From an uncultured archaeon (lineage in GTDB: Archaea; Altiarchaeota; Altiarchaeia; JAFGQM01), in the NCBI GenBank assembly GCA_964592405.1, contig CAZQBY010000005.1, forward strand, positions 24,703 to 88,702: a DNA stretch of 64,000 bases, given 5' to 3'. Of this stretch, positions 51,767 through 59,556 are shown piece after piece. The notes below the pieces were generated by a model. That model was not told the origin of the DNA. It was given only the letters and a program-made list of their open reading frames with translations, and did no database searches. Each line of letters begins with the position of its first letter. Positions within the stretch are counted from its first letter, which is position 1. A program made the position numbers and the translations under genes.

Positions 51767-52786
51767 TTACAAATCCAAAGATTTACAAATCCTGAGAATA
51801 TCCGAATATATGGCACTCTGAGTCTCTCTTCCTCCTGCCCCACGACCTATTATCGTTATGTCCTTTCCGATATCTGTTTTGAACAGGACAGCATTCAGAT
51901 TGCTCTCGATATTGAGCGGGTGGTTCTCCGGAACGAGTTTGGGTCCCACAGACAGACGGCCGTCTCCTATCTCAGCTATCAGCTTGATGGCATAGCCATT
52001 CTTCTTTGCAAGCTGCACCGCCTCCTTTGTAATCCCCCTTATACCAGTTATCTCAACATCCGAGAATTTTTTCTCCATACCCATTATATCATTGGCCAGT
52101 ATTACTGCCTTGGCTGCTGCATCTATTCCATCGATGTCATAGGTTGGGTTTGCTTCTGCATAGCCCAGCTCCTGAGCCTCCCGCAGGGCTGTTTCAAAAT
52201 CCATCCCACCCTTTGACATTTTGTTTAATATATAATTGGTGGTTCCATTGAGTATCCCCTCCATGCTTATAATCCTGTCCGCTTGTATACATTCACGGGC
52301 AAGATTCATCAGGGGCATGCCTCCTCCGGCAGCTGCTTCATAAAGAAGCCACAGATTCTTCTTACTTGCCAGCCCTCTGAGTTCCGAAAAGCGACTGGCA
52401 ATAGCACACTTGTCCGAGCTGACTACATGGAGACCATTTTTTAGGGATGCTTCTATCAGTTCAGCACCGGGGTTTCCTGTCCTAATATCACTTGGAACTA
52501 CTTCGACTGCTATATCTGCATGGACAGCTTCTATCATCTCTACCGAAGTCATCTTTTTCCACTGGACGAGGGTGTCGAGCCACTTTCCCTGTTTCCTCAC
52601 CTCAAGGGCTGCCTTCAGATCAATACCGTTCTCGTCAACAAGGCAGCCATTGTGCTCGCCTATGCCAACCACTATAATCTTGACACCATGCCTTTTCTGG
52701 ATATGGGCCTGTTTTTCTAAGAGCACCTGCGCAAAACCTCTTCCAATGACACCGAATCCAAACAACAATAGTCTGACTCTCTTCAT
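51767..52786 (-). CDS. hom: Homoserine dehydrogenase
   Basis: GFGVIG, YEAAAGGGMP, GILNGTTNYIL, AQELGYAE, DAAAK and GRGAG. Confidence 0.96.
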   Translation of the reverse strand: MKRVRLLLFGFGVIGRGFAQVLLEKQAHIQKRHGVKIIVVGIGEHNGCLVDENGIDLKAALEVRKQGKWLDTLVQWKKMTSVEMIEAVHADIAVEVVPSDIRTGNPGAELIEASLKNGLHVVSSDKCAIASRFSELRGLASKKNLWLLYEAAAGGGMPLMNLARECIQADRIISMEGILNGTTNYILNKMSKGGMDFETALREAQELGYAEANPTYDIDGIDAAAKAVILANDIMGMEKKFSDVEITGIRGITKEAVQLAKKNGYAIKLIAEIGDGRLSVGPKLVPENHPLNIESNLNAVLFKTDIGKDITIIGRGAGGRETQSAIYSDILRICKSLDL

Positions 52787-53301
52787 GTTTGTATGCCGGT
52801 TATGAGCAATAAACCCTTCTTTTTGGCTGTTTTCTTTAACCTTTCCATTGCAGATTCCAAGGCTCCAGCATTCCCTGCACTTATTTCAGCAAAGACCGAG
52901 GATGGAGCCTTCAGGCTCTTAAGGCTGATGTCCAAAGACTTTATCATAACATCCCTGTCACAGACAGTATATATTGTGTCTCTTATATCAGTATCAATGA
53001 CATGGCCTATTAGGATAAACTCCTGAGTCAGCTGCAACTGGCCGACAGCTCCGCTTATGGACTTCCTTGTTATCTCTATGCCTTCAGTCTCCAGTGATTT
53101 TTCTATGGACCCAAACTGTTTTCCTGTAGCTTGGAACTGTATTATGACAGGAACCCTGCCCTCCCGTTTTTGCTCTCTCAGGTGGCTTATGGAGAAAAGA
53201 TTGGCACCATTCTTGGCGATAATATCCAGCACCCTTGAAAGCTCTCCCGGCCTATCTTCAAGTTTTATCTCGATCTTACACTCTTCCATTATGTTGTCCA
53301 T
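52783..53301 (-). CDS. ACT-domain protein (probable allosteric partner of Hom)
   Basis: LEDRPGELSRVL..I...GANL.SISH and ILIGHVIDTDI; 4-bp overlap with hom. Confidence 0.87.
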   Translation of the reverse strand: MDNIMEECKIEIKLEDRPGELSRVLDIIAKNGANLFSISHLREQKREGRVPVIIQFQATGKQFGSIEKSLETEGIEITRKSISGAVGQLQLTQEFILIGHVIDTDIRDTIYTVCDRDVMIKSLDISLKSLKAPSSVFAEISAGNAGALESAMERLKKTAKKKGLLLITGIQT

Positions 53302-53314
53302 TGCGTCTTGTTAC

Positions 53315-53719
53315 CTATCCTGATTTCCCATGGGCCTTCCCTTGGGCCTTGAGAATTCTTAATGCCAGATATGCGGCGTTCTGGCCGTTGTCTATCCCAA
53401 CACAAGCTACTGGCACACCTTTTGGCATCTGTACAACAGATAACAGGGCATCAAGACCCCCCAGCTTTGACGAAACCGGTACGCCTATGACCGGCCTGTC
53501 CGTCTTGGATGCCACCACACCTGGAAGGGCAGCGGACAGCCCGGCTATACAGATGAACACTTCTGCATTGCTACTCCTGACTATCTTGTCCAAGCGCTCT
53601 GGCTCACGGTGGGCTGAGCAATACTCCATCCTGTAATCAACATCCGCATCCCTTAAGACACCCTCTACCCTCTTCACTATGGCTTCATCTGACTTGGAAC
53701 CAGCCAGTATCAGAATCAT
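53315..53719 (-). CDS. purE: N5-CAIR mutase / AIR carboxylase
   Basis: [41 protein letters not shown] and NAA. Confidence 0.96.
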   Translation of the reverse strand: MILILAGSKSDEAIVKRVEGVLRDADVDYRMEYCSAHREPERLDKIVRSSNAEVFICIAGLSAALPGVVASKTDRPVIGVPVSSKLGGLDALLSVVQMPKGVPVACVGIDNGQNAAYLALRILKAQGKAHGKSG

Positions 53720-53754
53720 GGCTTATTTATGCCCTAGCATCATAAAAATAATTA

Positions 53755-53988
53755 ATGGAAAGCCTGAAAGAAAGAGTTGAAAAATATCTTCAGCGGGCCA
53801 GGCCGCTTTTCTCAAAGCTCAGAAAGACGGACGGGGCCGGAGCGGAGAAAGTCTATGACAGCGCAATGAGATATTACTCTGATGCAGAGCATTTTTACAA
53901 GAAGGGGGAACATGCCAACGCACTGGCTGCGCTGGAATATGCCGAAGGATGGATGGATGCCGGAAAGGAAATGGGCTTTCTGGAGTAG
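53755..53988 (+). CDS. DUF357 family protein
   Basis: YYSDAEHF...ALAALEYAEGWMDAG. Confidence 0.85.
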   Translation: MESLKERVEKYLQRARPLFSKLRKTDGAGAEKVYDSAMRYYSDAEHFYKKGEHANALAALEYAEGWMDAGKEMGFLE

Positions 53989-54013
53989 GCATGGGATAGT
54001 CGTCTTATGGAAT

Positions 54014-54847
54014 TCACTCGTTTATGAGATTCTCCAAGCCCTCACTCTTAAGGACTGCATCTATAAACTCCTCCTTGGGAGGCCGGATTCTGTATTTCTT
54101 GAAGACCTCTTCCCTGCTCAGGCCGGTCTTCTCCAGCTCTTTGCCTATGGCCTCGTCCTGAGCCTTCAGCTTCTGGATGCTCTCTTTCAGTTTCTGCTTC
54201 AGCAGCTCGCGGTTGCCGGTCTCCTTGGCCACGCGCACCTCTTCTTTCAGAGATTCCACCAGGCGCCTCTGCATCTCCAAGCGCCTGTCGAGGAGGCTCT
54301 TGATCCTCTCGCTTATCAGCTCCTCCGCCTCGGCCTTGGTTATGCCTCCCTCTTCCTTGACCCTCTGGTTTATTTTGGCCAAGAGCTGAAATCCTTCACC
54401 AGTCAGCTTCAGCGGCACGGCTATGGGATTTTTGCCAGTGCGGTAAATGACCAGTCTGTGGTTCAGAGAAAACAAGAATCTGACAAGATAGTACAGTGCG
54501 CCCAAGACTGCTATAGATGCGAGATATACACTCAGTTCCTGTGCAGTTACCGGAACACTTATGGCCTGTTCCAGTTCCTTAATGAGCAGGTCTAGAATGC
54601 TAACAGCTGGTTGAAGATAGAGGAGAGCAAATGCAAATCCCAGTAATATCAGAACCGCTGTCAGTTGCCCATAGTTCACGAGCCTCTTATGCTTGACGCC
54701 GGCTATGTCCCTATATTTCAAGGACTTGCTTCTGGGAGGAAACTTCCGGACAATGACAAGACCTTCCTTCCTGGCCTCTATGTGGGTGAGCAGAGAGTCA
54801 TAGGAAGCCAAAACTTCCCCTTCTCCTTCGAATTTCTCAAGGGTCAC
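54014..54847 (-). CDS. Hypothetical membrane protein (two TM helices plus C-terminal coiled coil)
   Basis: 277-aa ORF with two hydrophobic segments and a charged helical tail; GTG start at 54847. Confidence 0.7.
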   Translation of the reverse strand: MTLEKFEGEGEVLASYDSLLTHIEARKEGLVIVRKFPPRSKSLKYRDIAGVKHKRLVNYGQLTAVLILLGFAFALLYLQPAVSILDLLIKELEQAISVPVTAQELSVYLASIAVLGALYYLVRFLFSLNHRLVIYRTGKNPIAVPLKLTGEGFQLLAKINQRVKEEGGITKAEAEELISERIKSLLDRRLEMQRRLVESLKEEVRVAKETGNRELLKQKLKESIQKLKAQDEAIGKELEKTGLSREEVFKKYRIRPPKEEFIDAVLKSEGLENLINE

Positions 54848-54884
54848 GGGTAATCGTTAAATTAAGTGGATAGGCTTAAAAAGG

Positions 54885-56210
54885 TTACCTGAGAAGCTCC
54901 TCGACATGGTCGAACCTCTTCTGCAGGAGTTCCTGTGTCCCTATGTCCCTGCGATGCTCTAGGGGTCCCCTGACATAAGAGGTTGCCCTTTCGGCTATCC
55001 TCTCAGCCTCCTCAATACTGTCTGCGATGCCGGTAACTGAGATGGCACGCGAACCGGATGTGAGGATCTTGCCGTTCCTTTCGTCAACTGAGGCATAGTG
55101 CAGTCTTGCCCCAGTTTCTGCTATGGATTTTTCATCTACTGTTATCTCTACTCCCTTCTTCGGCTTAGTGGGATAACCCTCCGGGACCAGATATTTGCAG
55201 ACAGTTGCCTTCTTGGCAAACCCCATGTCCACGTCTTCCAATCCCCCATGGACCATCGCCTCCAGGACTTCGACAAAATCACCCTCAAAGAGCGAGAGAA
55301 CGTTCATCGCCTCCGGATCTCCAAAGCGGGCGTTGAACTCAATGAGTTTGAGGCCGTTGGAAGTGAGCATGAACTGGCCGTATATCACGCCCTTATAGAC
55401 CTGGCCGGTCTCTTTCTTAAGGGCCCTGACAGCTTCACGAATTGTCCTAAGTCCGAACTCATAATGTTCCTTCTTGAGGAATGGAAGGATGTAGCCCCTG
55501 CCCGTATAGGAACCCATGCCGCCGGTGTTTGGACCCCTGTCCCCTTCATATGCGCGCTTGTGGTCCTGCACCATGGGCATACCAAGTATCTCGTCAGGCG
55601 AGACAAATGCCTGCAGAGTGAATTCCTCACCTACGAGTTTTTCCTCAATGACTACAATATCCATGGTCCCGACATCCCCCCTGAGTATCTTCTTTGCATA
55701 TTCCCGGACATCCTCTTTGTTTTTGAGATGCTCCCCCATTATCTTTACACCCTTGCCTCCGGTCAGACCGGCAGGTTTAACCACCACATCCATGGCCAGA
55801 TCGTTTACAAATTCATCTACTTCCTCAGGGGTTACAAGGATTTTGAATATTGGGGTACCCGGTATGTTGTATTTCTTCATCAGGTGTCGGGTGAATGCCT
55901 TATCCGTTTCTAAGCGAGCGGCACTTTTGTTTGGACTTGCGACATCCACATTCCGCTCTTCCAGTGCATCTGCAACACCCGCCTCCAGCGGTGCCTCTGG
56001 GCCTATGATGGCAAGCTTTACCCCTTTGGAGCTTGCCCACTTTGCAACACCTGTCGGATCGCAGATATCTCCTACCGTATACTCTCGGCACAATCTGGCA
56101 ATCCCGGGATTTTTCCTGGACATGTAGGCATAGAGCTCAGCATCGCTTTTGCAAATAACTTCGGCTATCGCATGTTCCCTCGCACCGTTGCCAACAAGCA
56201 GAACTTTCAT
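54885..56210 (-). CDS. purD: Phosphoribosylamine-glycine ligase
   Basis: MKVLLVGNGAREHA, IGPEAPL, GGKGV, QDHKRAYEGDRGPNTGGMG and EFNARFGDPE; start at the ATG at 56210. Confidence 0.97.
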   Translation of the reverse strand: MKVLLVGNGAREHAIAEVICKSDAELYAYMSRKNPGIARLCREYTVGDICDPTGVAKWASSKGVKLAIIGPEAPLEAGVADALEERNVDVASPNKSAARLETDKAFTRHLMKKYNIPGTPIFKILVTPEEVDEFVNDLAMDVVVKPAGLTGGKGVKIMGEHLKNKEDVREYAKKILRGDVGTMDIVVIEEKLVGEEFTLQAFVSPDEILGMPMVQDHKRAYEGDRGPNTGGMGSYTGRGYILPFLKKEHYEFGLRTIREAVRALKKETGQVYKGVIYGQFMLTSNGLKLIEFNARFGDPEAMNVLSLFEGDFVEVLEAMVHGGLEDVDMGFAKKATVCKYLVPEGYPTKPKKGVEITVDEKSIAETGARLHYASVDERNGKILTSGSRAISVTGIADSIEEAERIAERATSYVRGPLEHRRDIGTQELLQKRFDHVEELLR

Positions 56211-56258
56211 CTTAGCGGGGGAATTTGTAGTTAAAAATATAAAAGAACATAATAAGCC

Positions 56259-56334
56259 AGCAAATAAAACAACAAAGCAAGCTAACAATAAAAACAACAA
56301 AGCAAATAAAACAACCTAGCAGATAAACAACAAA
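56259..56334 (+). repeat. Imperfect tandem A/C-rich repeat, about four copies of AGCAAATAAAACAACAA
   Basis: agcaaataaaacaacaa, agcaagctaacaataaaaacaacaa, agcaaataaaacaacct and agcagataaacaacaa between the ATPase stop and the purD start. Confidence 0.6.
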
Positions 56335-56375
56335 TAGTCCGGTATAAGCGATTCGTTATATATAAAGCGATTTTG

Positions 56376-58760
56376 TTATACTTTGGATGCTCTTATTGCC
56401 AGCCGTCTTGCCTTGGCCTGCGCTGCCTTTTTGTCCTGCAGCTCTTCCAGCTTCTTCTTGCGCGCAATAAGGGGCTTTACATAACGCTCATCTACCCATG
56501 TTTTCCAGTCCGAGTATATTTTCTCATAATCAATCTCCTTTCCGGCAGATTTCATCTCCTCCCCTATAAGCTGCATCTGGTTGTGGATAGGAACGGTGTA
56601 CTTGCTCTCCAGGATTATCGGGAGATCATATTTCCTCCTCACCTCAACCAAATAGTTCTTTGTTTTGGCCCTCAGGTTTATTTCGTTCCAGATGTCCTGA
56701 AAACTTATGCCACGCATGCGCATTATCTTCTCAAATATCTCGCTCTCCTTGGTTGTCTCATATATCTTCTCATCAATGTAGAGTTTGTTAAGTTCCCAAT
56801 CATCCGTCTTGGCTGTATATGTCAGTATGTCTTCAAACCCGTTTTCCAGATAGGGGTCATGCTCCCAGTGCTTCTTGACCTCCGTAACCTGTATGACCCT
56901 CCTGTGTTTGGCAAGCGAACCCTTGAAGCGTATGGGCGCGCAGACAATGACCAAATCCGTTGCCTTGAAAGATGTGGTTGGTACACCCAAATCATTGACT
57001 ATCCTGTCCCATACAGAATATGCGCTTTCACCATGTATTGTTCCCATTACTACATTACCGACGGCGCCAACCCGCATTGCCTCATAGAGGACTTTGGCCT
57101 CAGTCGAACGTACCTCACCAACTATGAGAACCGAGTCTCCCAGCCTCAAAGCCGTTCTCAGCGCTTCTTCAGGTGCTATCTCACTCTCAGTCTGGGATGT
57201 CTGAATTGCGGAACGTGTCTTGAGTCTCTGTATGTTAAGACCAAGTCCCTTCATATACTCAACAGGAAGTTCAAGCGTATCCTCCTGTGTCAGTATCCTT
57301 AGATTCTGCGGTATCTCCAAAATCAGGGCATTCAGGAATGAGGTCTTGCCCGATCCCCTTGAACCGGTAACGATTGTGGATGCCTGCGCGTCAATGAAAA
57401 AGGATAGCAAGCCTGCCCCAAGGGGGTTTATCATCTTCACATCTATGAATTGCGGGAGGGTCCATGGAGTCTCCTTGTGGCGCCGAAATGTCAGTGATAT
57501 GCCATTCGGGCTTAGAGGCTTTCCTATCACACAAATCCTTGAGGACAGAATGTTGAGGTCCATGTCCAAAACAGGGTGGGATTCGTCAAACGGCCTTCCG
57601 GATATCGCCCTGAATTTGGATATCATGCTGCGCGCTTCATCAATTGTATATATTATGTTGGTTTCACACTGGCCATATTGGGAGTGGACCAGATAAACAG
57701 GATAACGGCCTATCGGGGCGTCTATATAAATGTCAGTTACCCGGTCATCAGAAAGTACAGTCTCCAGGAGACCAAAACCCACAGTATATCTGGCAACTAT
57801 CTTGGCCAGTTTCTGTAAATCCCTATACTCAAGTTTTATCTTATTCTGCTCAGCTATGTCGGCTAGTGTCCCCTCATATATACGCTCAAAATAGCGTCTG
57901 GTCTCGCTTGGATCCTCAAATTCAACACCCTCTATCTTCTGTTCTGATACAAGTTCCTTGGTCTTGTTCAGCAGGAAATACTGGTCCGGGGCAAGTGAGT
58001 ATTCTGGAGGATAGAGGTAATAAAGATATGATATCTTCTCCGGATGTTTATAAATCTCCACTTCTGAATCTCCAATTGTGTAAGAGTCCACAAGCTCGAC
58101 TCCTTTGGGGGCAGTGGTCTCAAGGCGGGTGCGTATGAATGTAGGTTTTATGGAACTTTCAAGTATGGTTTTGTAGATAGTGCGGCCAGTTGGAACCTTA
58201 TGCAGCTTTGATATCACCATACTGGCACGCCTTATAAGGGTTGTTGCTTCTAGGAGATTTTTTACTTCCATCAGGGTTTTGATATAGGGCTGCGAGCACT
58301 TCTGGTAGGCGGCATCCCCCTGCTGGTATCTGGCCCTTTCCTTTTCGAGTTCCTTCCTGAGATTAAAGTAGGCGGCAACAGGATCGGTTCTCAGGAGGTT
58401 GTGCACCAGATTTGTAACATAATCTATTCTTTCGGGGAGATATTTGTCACAGCCCTCCACGCCAAGGTGGCTTGGACTCCAAATCCTTTCCGATTTGAGA
58501 CGGCTGAGGACCTGTGCAATCTCCTTCAGTATCCGCGTTTGTTGCTCGTTGTAGAGATGTTCGTAAAACTCCTCCAGATTTATGGAATCGACATCCGGAT
58601 GCTCTACCAGCTTATCAAGGGTGCGGGCCATGCACTGGGGATAATCTGCCACAGATGAACCATAGACGCAGTTGCGGCAGTTCACAACCATCTCTTTCTT
58701 GCCCTCGCTATGCTTTATCATTGCACCGCAGGTTTTCAGCATATCTATGGTTTCAACCAT
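56376..58760 (-). CDS. Type IV pilus/type II secretion ATPase (TadA/VirB11/FlaI family) with an extended Cys-containing N-terminus
   Basis: Walker A GSRGSGKT, QEDTLEL, LRTALRLGD, VGEVR and GTIHG; N-terminal NCRNC...QC; start at the ATG at 58760. Confidence 0.92.
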   Translation of the reverse strand: MVETIDMLKTCGAMIKHSEGKKEMVVNCRNCVYGSSVADYPQCMARTLDKLVEHPDVDSINLEEFYEHLYNEQQTRILKEIAQVLSRLKSERIWSPSHLGVEGCDKYLPERIDYVTNLVHNLLRTDPVAAYFNLRKELEKERARYQQGDAAYQKCSQPYIKTLMEVKNLLEATTLIRRASMVISKLHKVPTGRTIYKTILESSIKPTFIRTRLETTAPKGVELVDSYTIGDSEVEIYKHPEKISYLYYLYPPEYSLAPDQYFLLNKTKELVSEQKIEGVEFEDPSETRRYFERIYEGTLADIAEQNKIKLEYRDLQKLAKIVARYTVGFGLLETVLSDDRVTDIYIDAPIGRYPVYLVHSQYGQCETNIIYTIDEARSMISKFRAISGRPFDESHPVLDMDLNILSSRICVIGKPLSPNGISLTFRRHKETPWTLPQFIDVKMINPLGAGLLSFFIDAQASTIVTGSRGSGKTSFLNALILEIPQNLRILTQEDTLELPVEYMKGLGLNIQRLKTRSAIQTSQTESEIAPEEALRTALRLGDSVLIVGEVRSTEAKVLYEAMRVGAVGNVVMGTIHGESAYSVWDRIVNDLGVPTTSFKATDLVIVCAPIRFKGSLAKHRRVIQVTEVKKHWEHDPYLENGFEDILTYTAKTDDWELNKLYIDEKIYETTKESEIFEKIMRMRGISFQDIWNEINLRAKTKNYLVEVRRKYDLPIILESKYTVPIHNQMQLIGEEMKSAGKEIDYEKIYSDWKTWVDERYVKPLIARKKKLEELQDKKAAQAKARRLAIRASKV

Positions 58761-58864
58761 TTTTGGGTGGTTATTTAATTTGAGATGTCTTAAAAATCGA
58801 CCTTCATGCATCCAACGCTTTTTGAGCACTTTTTATCCCGCCACCCGTATAGGTTCTAGAAAAA

Positions 58865-59530
58865 ATGACCGGAGAGGGGCAGGGGAAGGGGCCCGGATTG
58901 GCCGGAGAGAGAGAAATCCAGATAGATGCAGACAGGGGCAGCATCCAAGAGCAGTCGGGTTTTTGCAATGGTCTAAAGGGTTTTTGCAATAGCCTGAGGA
59001 GGGACCTGCAGGATGTGGAAGGCATAAGAAATGCCCTCTATTTTCTACTGGTATTCGCCGCATCCTTTATCCTCATGATCCTAGTGATAATACCTATAAC
59101 CTCCCCATTCTGGTCGGCCATGGGATCACTCCATGCCGGGGCTGCCCAGTGGATATTGTCCGAATTTGGCATAGAATCACAGACCAATGCCAATGTATTG
59201 GTCATGGATGTTCAGGGAAAGGAGACGCATTTCCTCATATCCCGGCTCTGTTCCGGAGACATCGAGACAGCTCTGCTCATATCCCTGATAATAGCATCGC
59301 TTGACATCCTGCTGGTATGGCGGATTCTTGGAGTTCTTGTGGGCACTGTGCTGCTTTTATCAATAAACCCCCTGAGAATAGCCCTGACCCTAGCGATAAC
59401 CAAGAACTCCGGCATGGCTACCGGCGATCTCTACCATAACATCATCTTCAGACTTTTCTTGTTTGTAATATTGGTATTATACTATTTCGCCTGGTATCGA
59501 ATTTTCGCTGGGCGCAGGTGCAGGCCGTGA
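58865..59530 (+). CDS. Archaeosortase/exosortase family protein
   Basis: Multi-TM protein with the Cys (RLCSG), Arg (NPLRI) and His (YHN) pattern of this family. Confidence 0.8.
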   Translation: MTGEGQGKGPGLAGEREIQIDADRGSIQEQSGFCNGLKGFCNSLRRDLQDVEGIRNALYFLLVFAASFILMILVIIPITSPFWSAMGSLHAGAAQWILSEFGIESQTNANVLVMDVQGKETHFLISRLCSGDIETALLISLIIASLDILLVWRILGVLVGTVLLLSINPLRIALTLAITKNSGMATGDLYHNIIFRLFLFVILVLYYFAWYRIFAGRRCRP

Positions 59531-59556
59531 AAAAAACTATACAAAAAACTCGGATC

